IMG/VR virus record: IMGVR_UViG_3300010366_000002
Span: 1 to 54,145 of that record
DNA from: a virus
Lineage: Duplodnaviria; Caudoviricetes
Length of the DNA: 54,145 nt
Direction: 5' to 3' (one strand)
The notes beneath the pieces were generated by a model. That model did not search any database. It saw nothing but the letters and a program-made list of their open reading frames with translations, and was not told where the DNA came from. Position 1 is the stretch's first letter, and each line of letters opens with the position of its first letter. Both the position numbers and the translations under genes were made by a program. Below are positions 1 through 7,488 of the stretch, piece after piece.

Positions 1-103
1 AATGGAGAGGCCAAAGTCACAATGGAGAGGCCAAAGTCACAATGGAGAGGCCAAAGTCACAATGGAGAGGCCAAAGTCACAATGGAGAGGCCAAAGTCAC
101 AAT
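1..103. repeat. 20-bp tandem repeat (AATGGAGAGGCCAAAGTCAC)x5, continuous with the array at the right end; probable iterons/origin
   Basis: Five exact units at 1-100; same unit, same orientation at 54050-54145. Confidence 0.95.
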
Positions 104-305
104 CGCTGTGACAAAGTTGTTAAATCCCTTGCCAGACGTGACAGGATTTACCAACGTGACAAAGGTTGTCTCCTTGTCACGTTTCTTTGTCACGTTTTAT
201 ATTATTGTCGTTAAAGGAGTTAGGCAAAATACGTGACAAATGGGGGGGGGTTTTGGCGCGCGCGCCCGAAGACGCGCCCGAAGACGCGAGAAACCTGTCA
301 CGTTT
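104..305. promoter_or_regulatory. Cluster of GTGAC/GTCAC motifs flanking the array (putative origin region)
   Basis: GTGAC at 108, 138, 156, 233; GTCAC at 176, 189, 297; same core as the tandem unit. Confidence 0.55.
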
Positions 306-400
306 GCCCCGAAACCTTCATGTAAAGAATGAAGTACCGCACGTATCACTGCGGTGAACAGGCGCAGGGCTCTCAGAGAAAACATTCTATCTTTTGTCTA

Positions 401-429
401 TTGACAGATTTTTATATAGAGAGTATATT
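401..429 (+). promoter_or_regulatory. sigma70-type promoter
   Basis: TTGACA-17 nt-TATATT upstream of the HTH gene. Confidence 0.75.
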
Positions 430-472
430 CTCGACAACAGCCTGAACCTATAGAGGAGTTCTATGGAAAACG

Positions 473-673
473 ATGACGCTTGAAGAATTTCGGAGGTATT
501 TAAAGAGTCAAGCCGAGCAGTATGGTTCTCAGAAAGTCCTAGCACGCCACCTGGGCGCCAATGAAGGCTACCTGAGCGATATCATCCGTGGACGACGTGA
601 GCCGAGTGCGAAACTCTTGCTGGCCTGTGGCTTCCGACGCGTCATCACGTATGAACGGATACGGCAGGAGTGA
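473..673 (+). CDS. XRE/Cro-like helix-turn-helix protein
   Basis: SQKVLARHLGANEGYLSDIIRGRREPS is a typical HTH_3 pattern. Confidence 0.8.
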   Translation: MTLEEFRRYLKSQAEQYGSQKVLARHLGANEGYLSDIIRGRREPSAKLLLACGFRRVITYERIRQE

Positions 674-676
674 TGG

Positions 677-1414
677 ATGGAACAGAGGGCCTTGACGATT
701 GTGGAAGACACGCGAGAAGTAGTACTGTCACGACTAAAGCGGGAATGGGATGCCATTAATGTCGCGAAGGAAACGGGGGATTTGGACTATGACGTCAAGC
801 GGGCACAGGTGCTGCAAAGATATCTGGCCCTAGAAATGGCAGACGGCGAGAAGCTTACACAAAAACAGATAGGCGCTTGTGTTGGCATCAAGCAAGGATG
901 GTTTCAAGCCTTGTTGCGCTATGGGCGGTTCATGCTTTTTTTAAATTCAACTGAATTTAAAGTGAGTGAAGGCCGCTTTCGGCGGTATTGGGCAGAGACC
1001 GCGGATCACGCATATATGTCTACCTTCCGTCGCAAGCAAGACAAATACGCCCTTGAAGATTATGAACGTATCGTGTTTCAGCAGATTGCTGCAAAACTGG
1101 AGAAAGGCATTGTGCCCACAGTCTCTAGCACCGCCCGTACCAAAAAAGTGACGGATATCAAACCGGCCCAACTGGCTTCGCTGCGTAAAGCAGTGGCGTC
1201 GTATCAAGTCCTGAAACGCAAGGAGGTGAGAGAGGTCTATACAAAAATAGAAGAAGATGTACGAGCGCTTATTGAACTCTCAGGCTGTAGTCGCGCGACC
1301 TATGCACCGAGTATTCTCGCGATGCATGCCAGGCGGCTCAAGGAAGGGTTTGCCGCCCTGCAAAAAGCGCTCAAAGGGAATGTTGATGCGTGGTTGTTAG
1401 AGGTCATGGACTAA
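677..1414 (+). CDS. Hypothetical protein, possibly DNA-binding (LTQKQIGACVGIKQGW HTH-like)
   Basis: 245-aa ORF coupled to upstream gene, GGAG RBS. Confidence 0.7.
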   Translation: MEQRALTIVEDTREVVLSRLKREWDAINVAKETGDLDYDVKRAQVLQRYLALEMADGEKLTQKQIGACVGIKQGWFQALLRYGRFMLFLNSTEFKVSEGRFRRYWAETADHAYMSTFRRKQDKYALEDYERIVFQQIAAKLEKGIVPTVSSTARTKKVTDIKPAQLASLRKAVASYQVLKRKEVREVYTKIEEDVRALIELSGCSRATYAPSILAMHARRLKEGFAALQKALKGNVDAWLLEVMD

Positions 1415-1419
1415 GAAAG

Positions 1420-1716
1420 TTGACGTCCTCCGCCAGGTAAACCAGGCGGATTCCCTACGTTGGCCCTCAACGCCCTGAGGGGAGACCTATGCAGTGTCTC
1501 TTACTTATCAGCGCTTCTCATCGCCCTGACGACCATGCCTGCGTCAAGCATGGGAAGAAGCATCTCGGTACGTCCGTATGGGCCAGCCAGCTCCAGGCTG
1601 TCGTTCAACTGGCGCGCGACGCATGCTTCATGTGCGTTCACTATTGCGGTATCGCTTTTACGCACAGTCCTGCACTGTGCAACCCGCAAACGATATTTGA
1701 AAGAGCACGGCACAAC
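1420..1716 (-). ncRNA. omegaRNA-like ncRNA A (predicted guide CTTTCTTAGTCCATGACCTC, 1419->1400)
   Basis: Extended -10 TGaTATAAT at 1731->1723; homologous to 39252-39560 at both ends. Confidence 0.7.
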
Positions 1717-1859
1717 AGGATAATTATATCAAAGAAGTGTAGTTTTGTATATACGCAGCGTGTTAGGGGAATGACGCGGAGCGTCAGGGAATTGCTGCGA
1801 TGCAGCAACCTCCTATTCCTCTGTCCGCTGAAGCAGACAGCCCCCTAGGAGGAATCTGT
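1420..1859 (-). mobile_element. Non-autonomous IS200/IS605-family element A (left end + promoter + omegaRNA-like RNA + right end; no ORF)
   Basis: Minus-strand right end GAAT-CCGCCTGG-TTTA-CCTGGCGG-AGGACG-TCAA ending at 1420; left-end hairpin TTCCTCCTAGGGGG-CTGTCTGC-TTCA-GCGGACAG-AGGAATAGGAGG at ~1809-1855, homologous to elements B and C; left boundary uncertain by ~2 nt. Confidence 0.85.
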
Positions 1860-1917
1860 GTGTCCACCATTCCTGGGCCACTGCTGCAGAGCCAGCATGC
1901 CCGCAAAGGAGAGGACG

Positions 1918-2916
1918 ATGGGGTTTCATCTTACGAAAGCCGAAATCCACAAGCTGATGACCATGGACGAGGTGCTCGCGGAAGCGCGGCTCCTCGACAG
2001 CTACGGCGCCTACGAAGGCGAGCGTGAAGAGAGAGAGAGGCGCGAAACAAACATTCGCGAGCGCATCCTGTCGGGAGAAATGACGCCGTTTCGCTGGTGC
2101 GTCGGCTATGTTCCGTCCATAGGGCTCCGCCGCCGGGTGAACGGCCAGCATTCGAGTCACGTCTTTCTCAAGCTCACCGAGGAAGAGTACAAAATGGTGC
2201 ACTTCCCCGTTTTCATTGTGTACGAAGAGTATGAGTGTGAGACCGAGATTGATGTTGCCACGTTGTTTGAGCAGTTTGACCAACATTGGTCCGCACGTTC
2301 ACGCGAAGATTACATTGGGGCACACCTCGCCGTGCATCCTGAGCTGAACCAACGCATGAGTCGCGTTGCCGCTGACAAAGTCGTGCAGGGCCTCATGTGG
2401 TATCTCGAAAATGTCGAGGGCTTTGACAAGGGCTCCGCGCATGAGCAGTATGAGCTGCTGCACAAAAACAGCGAGTACGAAACGTTTATGTATTTTTGTG
2501 GCTATGGGCAACTCAACCTCAACAAGAAACTCAAGGAGCTGTGTCACCGGGCCGTCGTGGCGGCGATGTTTCACACCACCAGACAAGGATCGGCGGAGGA
2601 TAGGGATTTCTGGAAAGTCGTCTCGGGGGGACCGCAATCGATTCTTGATGGCGACAGCCATCACGCGAAGATTGCCGCATTTTTGGAGCATGCGGTCACC
2701 CAGAACTATGACTGGCCTACGAAAATCCGCGGACAATTCAAGAACAAAAAGAATCCCAACCCTATCGAAATCTTTGCGACGTGCCTCAGAGTGTTTGCGG
2801 CGTGGAAAAAAGGTCACCGTCTCACCGAGGCCTTTGTCTCATTGCGTGAGCAAAGCGCCCAGTATACCGTGATCCATCTCTATCCCCTCACAGGCAAAGA
2901 GGGGCTCGCTGCCTAA
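1918..2916 (+). CDS. ParB/Srx-like (DGQHR-type) N-terminal domain protein
   Basis: RRVNGQHS motif; AAAGGAGAGG RBS before ATG 1918; the ORF-track start at 1858 falls at the element A boundary. Confidence 0.6.
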   Translation: MGFHLTKAEIHKLMTMDEVLAEARLLDSYGAYEGEREERERRETNIRERILSGEMTPFRWCVGYVPSIGLRRRVNGQHSSHVFLKLTEEEYKMVHFPVFIVYEEYECETEIDVATLFEQFDQHWSARSREDYIGAHLAVHPELNQRMSRVAADKVVQGLMWYLENVEGFDKGSAHEQYELLHKNSEYETFMYFCGYGQLNLNKKLKELCHRAVVAAMFHTTRQGSAEDRDFWKVVSGGPQSILDGDSHHAKIAAFLEHAVTQNYDWPTKIRGQFKNKKNPNPIEIFATCLRVFAAWKKGHRLTEAFVSLREQSAQYTVIHLYPLTGKEGLAA

Positions 2917-2918
2917 CC

Positions 2919-2995
2919 TTGACGTCCTCCGCCAGGTCAACGTGTCCTTCACCCCCAGCCAAGCTTCCAGCTCTGGCTGGAGCACTGGACACGAG
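2919..2995 (-). mobile_element. Remnant IS200/IS605-type element E (truncated right end fused to a left-end-like double hairpin)
   Basis: 2919-2937 identical to the terminal 19 nt of elements A and B; CGTGTCC...GGACACG stem enclosing CCAGCCA...TGGCTGG. Confidence 0.55.
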
Positions 2996-3080
2996 GTTGG
3001 TAGAGAAGGAATGGGACGCCTGGAGCGGTACCGCTCCAAGCGTCTCGTGGAAACTTCGAGGTCTAGAAAGGTCCCTGCTC

Positions 3081-3350
3081 ATGTCCCCTTCCCCCTGGCC
3101 CAGGCGCTGGATGCAGGCCCTGCCCCCCATCTCAGACCGCGCCTTTGTGGTCTGGTTCATGCTCATGCTCTTCCTGCTGGGCGTCGGCGTCGGCGTCGGC
3201 ATGGTGCTCTCGCTGCGGGACCCCGTCCACAGGGCGCAGACGCAGCTCTACTCCGTGGTCGAACGCCTGGAGATTTTGGAGCGGCTGCGCAACGTGGAGG
3301 AACGCCTCAAGGCCCTGGAGCAGCGCACGTCTCAGGAGCTACGACCATAA
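3081..3350 (+). CDS. Small membrane protein with C-terminal coiled coil
   Basis: GAAAGG RBS; TM AFVVWFMLMLFLLGVGVGVGMVL; LRNVEERLKALEQ heptads. Confidence 0.7.
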   Translation: MSPSPWPRRWMQALPPISDRAFVVWFMLMLFLLGVGVGVGMVLSLRDPVHRAQTQLYSVVERLEILERLRNVEERLKALEQRTSQELRP

Positions 3351-3821
3351 AGTTTCCTCCAAGGGGACTGCCTCCTTTCGGTGGCAGAGGAATTGGAGGT
3401 TGAGCCCCACGGGCTCAACAGATGTTCAATGTTTGTTCACTGTTTGTTTAGGCTTTGTTCACTGTTTCAAACCGTCCTACTATGCTACACTTTCCTCAAT
3501 ACGACCGTGTCAGGCATTCCAGCTTTGATCGCTGTCTGCCGCTTCAACACACGGTACGGCTCTTTCTAACATAACTTCGCGGGGTTGCTGGTCGTAGGGA
3601 CCAGCGTAAAAGTTGTGCCGCAAAGTAGAGAACCAATCCAGACAACCGACCGGCTTTGAGGCCGATGAGCAGGTGTCGCTGGTCAACCAGTCTGGGGCTC
3701 GGACGGAGCCTTTACGGCGTAACGTAGGGGTAGTAAACCCAAGCGTGCCGTAAGAAGCTGTTGTTAAAGTGACCTGCTTCGGCCAAAAGAAGCTGTCTGC
3801 TTGAGCTGACAGAGTCGTCAC
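3349..3821 (+). mobile_element. Non-autonomous IS200/IS605-family element C
   Basis: Target CCAT (3345-3348); GGGA at +16..+19 before the left-end hairpin CTGCC..GGCAG; right end GAAG-CTGTC..GACAG-AGTCG-TCAC; excision recreates an ATGA gene overlap. Confidence 0.9.
3498..3821 (+). ncRNA. omegaRNA-like ncRNA C (predicted guide GAGCACGACAGGCAGCCCGT, 3822-3841)
   Basis: TGcTACACT -10 at 3483-3491; 3' part GGCTCGGACGGAGCC-TTTACGGCGTAACG...CGTGCCGTAAGAAG resembles tnpB 3'-end RNAs. Confidence 0.7.
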
Positions 3822-3933
3822 GAGCACGACAGGCAGCCCGTGGGAGGACACCGCCGTCCTCGCAGCGCAAGGTCGCGCCTGGCCGTGGGGCGCCCCACGG
3901 ACTCCAGGCGCCCGAACCGGCATCCGAGCATGA
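3822..3933 (+). pseudogene. 37-codon ORF whose ATG was split by element C
   Basis: Joining 3348 to 3822 gives AGGAG-N8-ATG AGC ACG ... GCA TGA. Confidence 0.5.
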
Positions 3934-3937
3934 ACCC

Positions 3938-3966
3938 TTGCACTCCAGTATTGAGGATATTATAAT
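3938..3966 (+). promoter_or_regulatory. sigma70-type promoter
   Basis: TTGCAC-17 nt-TATAAT. Confidence 0.8.
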
Positions 3967-4005
3967 CATTACCGATATTGCTGGCCTCCCGTAGGCCGCA
4001 TGGAT

Positions 4006-4037
4006 CGACGAACCGACGAACCGATGAATCGACGAAC
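4006..4037 (+). repeat. 8-bp tandem repeat CGACGAAC x4 (one variant) in 5' UTR
   Basis: cgacgaac cgacgaac cgatgaat cgacgaac. Confidence 0.8.
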
Positions 4038-4061
4038 CGCGTTCACTGAAAGGACATTTCC

Positions 4062-4718
4062 ATGGTACAGTTTGTCTACAACCCTCCCTCCTTCAACGAC
4101 GTCTCGAACCTCACGCCGGGCTGGCACCCGGCCTTTCTGCTCGACATTGAGGACATCGAGACACCGCTCCAGTTCAAATCTCGCGAGAAGTATCCGCGCA
4201 GCCGTCGCTGGCGCCTGGCGGTCTGGGAAACGGACCTCTTGATTGACCAGCAAGTGACGCCAGAACGCCAGAGCGCCCTCTCGAGTAGTGCCTTTGCGCC
4301 GGCGTACACCCGCACCGATGGTCAGCACGTCCAGGCCGCCAAAGCCTATAAATGGACTGAGGCGTTACTGGGGCGCCAAATCGTCCCTGGGGAAGTGATT
4401 GACCTCTCAGCCCTCATGCCGCTTTCCTGTCGCGTGGAGGTCGAGCGTAAAAACGAATACGCCAACATTACGGCCATATCCCGCTATCCCGAGCTGGCGT
4501 CGAAGCTGACACCCGGCCTCAGGCAGTACCTCGCCGAGTTTCTCGGAACCTTTGGCGACCAGACGAACCAGGCACCGCGCTATCAGAATCCCCCTGTGGC
4601 CCAGGCACCGGCACCGCCGCCGCCGGTCCCGTCTGGCCTGCAAAGCTGGGGTACGCCCGGCACCCGACCCGCTCCATCACCGGCATCTGGCGCTGGCCCG
4701 AACACGCCGCGCTGGTAG
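4062..4718 (+). CDS. Putative phage ssDNA-binding/replication-organiser-like protein with Pro-rich tail
   Basis: GAAAGGA RBS; PGWHPAFLLDIED start, CRVEVERKNEYANI OB-like end, P/Q-rich tail ending in W. Confidence 0.5.
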   Translation: MVQFVYNPPSFNDVSNLTPGWHPAFLLDIEDIETPLQFKSREKYPRSRRWRLAVWETDLLIDQQVTPERQSALSSSAFAPAYTRTDGQHVQAAKAYKWTEALLGRQIVPGEVIDLSALMPLSCRVEVERKNEYANITAISRYPELASKLTPGLRQYLAEFLGTFGDQTNQAPRYQNPPVAQAPAPPPPVPSGLQSWGTPGTRPAPSPASGAGPNTPRW

Positions 4719-4730
4719 GAAGGGTGCGCC

Positions 4731-5201
4731 ATGCGTTGCCGCCTGACGAGTGAACCCGATGGCTCGATTTGTCTCGAATCGGGCTATGACCAGGTGTTTG
4801 TGCAGCAACTGAAGCTGGCGCTGCCCTTGGGAGGGCGCCAGTGGGTACCAGAGAGGAAGCGCTGGCTGGTCTCGGCGCTCTATGCGCCTGAACTGCTGGC
4901 CTTCCTCGCGTCGTGGGGTGTACGGGTGCAGGACGACCGCGACAGCGCTCGCGCCCAAGCCGTGCCGCCGCCGCCCATGCCAGAGGAGCTCAGACTCGCT
5001 TTCGATCATCTGTTCCTCGCCTACTCCGCGCCCCTGTGTGTCGCGGAAGCGAGCTACAAAGCCCTGGCAAAATACTGGCACCCCGATAAAGGGGGCACCA
5101 TAGAGGATTTTCACCGCGTCAATGATGCGATTGACGTGATACGTAAGTATCTCGATTGGAGGCAAGAGAGCTGCGATGACACAACCGTCGCTCAACCGTA
5201 A
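4731..5201 (+). CDS. J-domain (DnaJ-like) protein
   Basis: SYKALAKYWHPDKGG...FHRVNDA: intact HPD motif. Confidence 0.85.
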   Translation: MRCRLTSEPDGSICLESGYDQVFVQQLKLALPLGGRQWVPERKRWLVSALYAPELLAFLASWGVRVQDDRDSARAQAVPPPPMPEELRLAFDHLFLAYSAPLCVAEASYKALAKYWHPDKGGTIEDFHRVNDAIDVIRKYLDWRQESCDDTTVAQP

Positions 5202-5871
5202 AAAGATGCTGTCAACCTGGGACGCTAGCCGTCAATTCAGATATAGAGGTACATACCCAGAGATGGCTGTCACCTTCAATTTCCTGCTTGACGCTTCTCC
5301 TTCGATGCGCGGGCAACCGGAGCATGATTTACGGCAGTCCTTCAATCAATACCTGGCGTGGTTGAAAACTCACGCCAGCCCCATGGCCATGGCTGCCGTA
5401 CGCTGCTTCTCTTCGTACCTGGACCCGTACAGCGCCGTGCCCCTTGGCCAGCTTCAGCCCTTGGATGAACGTACCTACGATCCCAGTGGCGGCGATGGCA
5501 CAGCGCTCTACCGTGCCATTGGCGAGACCTGTAGCGACATTGCCACCGGCCGTGGTCATGGGTCGCAGGTCCTGGTGGTCTTTACGGATGGTCTCGATAA
5601 CATCAGTAACGTCTATGGCTGGACCCTGGAGAAAACCAGCGACGTGCTGAGTGGACTCGTCAGGACCCAGGGCTGGCTGACCGTCTTTCTGGGAGCGTTT
5701 CCGCAGGCCTTAAGCGTCGGTCGTCGGCTGGGATTTAGCGCCGGCAACTGTCTGCTGCTTACCACCGATCAGATTCCCGAGGCGTTTCGTCGCTTAACGA
5801 AGGCGACGGAGCGCTACCTTAGCGCAGGACCACACCAGCGTAAGCTGCTGGCACAGACGGGGGTGTTCTAA
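5176..5871 (+). CDS. von Willebrand factor A domain protein (alternative start 5263)
   Basis: MIDAS FLLDASPSM, GTALYRAIG, VVFTDGLDN. Confidence 0.85.
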   Translation: MTQPSLNRKKMLSTWDASRQFRYRGTYPEMAVTFNFLLDASPSMRGQPEHDLRQSFNQYLAWLKTHASPMAMAAVRCFSSYLDPYSAVPLGQLQPLDERTYDPSGGDGTALYRAIGETCSDIATGRGHGSQVLVVFTDGLDNISNVYGWTLEKTSDVLSGLVRTQGWLTVFLGAFPQALSVGRRLGFSAGNCLLLTTDQIPEAFRRLTKATERYLSAGPHQRKLLAQTGVF

Positions 5872-6071
5872 TGCAACGGATTAACATCGGCACAGAAGCC
5901 GGGCAACGGTTGCTGCTGATGGCTGATAATCTGGAATACTGCGAGCGCTTAAACAACCAAGTCCTGGCAGACCTGCTCTTTGAGACCATCGTGCTCGACT
6001 TGCCGATGCTGTCTCCAGAATTTGCCTTGCTGTCAACGATTGTTGCCCGGCTGCGGGACAGCGAGCCGTAA
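5871..6071 (+). CDS. Hypothetical protein
   Basis: TAATG overlap with the vWA gene. Confidence 0.65.
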   Translation: MQRINIGTEAGQRLLLMADNLEYCERLNNQVLADLLFETIVLDLPMLSPEFALLSTIVARLRDSEP

Positions 6072-6074
6072 CGT

Positions 6075-6950
6075 ATGTACGCCATGGTCTGTGGTGGGTC
6101 CCGCGTGCACCCGTCACCGGCGGCCCTCGCCTGGCTGCACGGGTATGTACGGGCTTTCGCCCTGCGCCGGCTTATTCTGGGCGGGGCAGCCCGCTGTAAT
6201 GTCACGGTGCAGGCCTGGGCAAAAGACGCGGGGATACCGACGGAACCTATCCCTACGGACTGGCATCCTGGGAATGCGCACGGCGCCATCCGTGTCGCCG
6301 GGTACCTGAGACTGCTCACGCGCTATATGAGCGGTCAACTGTGCCTGCTGGCCCTCCCCGGTGGGGAGGGCACCGCCTACGTGGCGGCTCAGGCCCAGCG
6401 TCTGGGCCTTCCGGTGTATGTTTATACAGAGGAAACCTCTATGACTGAGACGAAAAAAGATGCTGTGGAAAGTCCGATCCCGATGCTTGAGGATGACATT
6501 GCCGATGTGCCTGTGCCTGCAACCCTCGCTAAAACGCTTCAGGATGCCCCAGGACAGGCGATCCCTCCGCCGCCCTGGGGAGAACACGAAGCCCTCCTGC
6601 AGGGCTTTTTGGGGCATCTGCTTGGCTGTATTCAGCGTGAGGTCCTGCATGAATCGCGGGACATCCTGGAGCTGGTCAAGGCGACGATCCGCCTCATTGA
6701 TACCGCCGCCAGCAAACAGGCTGAAATCAATGACCATGCGCAGTATCAACTGAGCGATGCCCTGACGAAACTCCAGACCCAGGGCCTCCAGGTGCGTCAG
6801 GATCCGTATACCGCGACGGTGAGAGCCATGAGCCCGGAAGGGTACGCGGTCGAGATCGGAATCGCGAAACAGGACACCGGGGACCTCATTAACGCCTTGC
6901 CCATGCTGACGAACTGGCTCATGCAATCGGGGTACAAGCCGCTCCCATGA
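6075..6950 (+). CDS. SLOG/YspA (DUF2493)-like N-terminal domain in frame with an unrelated C-terminal region (internal start at 6441)
   Basis: MVCGGSR, LILGGA, ALPGGEGTA motifs; AGAGGA RBS before ATG 6441. Confidence 0.6.
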   Translation: MYAMVCGGSRVHPSPAALAWLHGYVRAFALRRLILGGAARCNVTVQAWAKDAGIPTEPIPTDWHPGNAHGAIRVAGYLRLLTRYMSGQLCLLALPGGEGTAYVAAQAQRLGLPVYVYTEETSMTETKKDAVESPIPMLEDDIADVPVPATLAKTLQDAPGQAIPPPPWGEHEALLQGFLGHLLGCIQREVLHESRDILELVKATIRLIDTAASKQAEINDHAQYQLSDALTKLQTQGLQVRQDPYTATVRAMSPEGYAVEIGIAKQDTGDLINALPMLTNWLMQSGYKPLP

Positions 6951-7083
6951 TCCGGGGATGCAGCAGAGCCAAAAAAAAGAGGCACTCACTCCCCTGGGAC
7001 GTGTCGATAATCACCCCCAGGGGGGATCGTGGCTCCTAGACGTTTCCCACACGCTAGAAATCGATTTTTAAAGGACCCCTCTG

Positions 7084-7374
7084 ATGCAACCGATTCCCAT
7101 GGAATTTCAGGAAGGACCCTTTCACTATCAGCAAGTACGTCGGGAAGGCATGCTGGCCATCTATCGCCAGACGCATCGCCACGGTCCTATGACACGCTTC
7201 GAAGTGGTACGCCTGCATATCCAACGCGCCCATACCTGGCAAGATGGCACGACTACACCAGAGAAAGAAGCCTATCCTCCCGCCTCAGCCTGGGGAAGAT
7301 CGGGCTGGACTTGCTTCACGCTCCCCGAAGCCGAGGCACTCTTTACCGACCTCCAGCAGGAGACCCCGGCATGA
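7084..7374 (+). CDS. Conserved-looking phage hypothetical protein
   Basis: AAAGGA RBS; EAYPPASAWGRSGWT. Confidence 0.65.
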   Translation: MQPIPMEFQEGPFHYQQVRREGMLAIYRQTHRHGPMTRFEVVRLHIQRAHTWQDGTTTPEKEAYPPASAWGRSGWTCFTLPEAEALFTDLQQETPA

Positions 7375-7484
7375 AAGGACGGCGCTGGTTTCCCTGGGAC
7401 TGGTGGGCGCTGCTCGTGGTGCTGTGCGTGCTGCTGGCGCTGCTCGGCGGGCTGGTCTGGGACAGCCTGACGCTGCTCCTCTAG
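7371..7484 (+). CDS. 37-aa single-TM membrane protein
   Basis: AGGAG RBS, ATGA overlap, hydrophobic WWALLVVLCVLLALLGGLVW. Confidence 0.6.
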   Translation: MKGRRWFPWDWWALLVVLCVLLALLGGLVWDSLTLLL

Positions 7485-7488
7485 CGCC

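Noticed and set aside
1-103. Terminal 20-bp array as CRISPR or telomere
   Set aside because: No unique spacers, no cas genes; same orientation at both ends fits a circular assembly broken in a repeat
2-385. ORFs over the terminal repeat region
   Set aside because: Translations of the tandem repeat with no RBS or protein-like features
1918-2916. ORF between two IS ends as TnpB/IscB
   Set aside because: No RuvC motifs or Zn finger; has an NGQH ParB-like motif and lies outside element A
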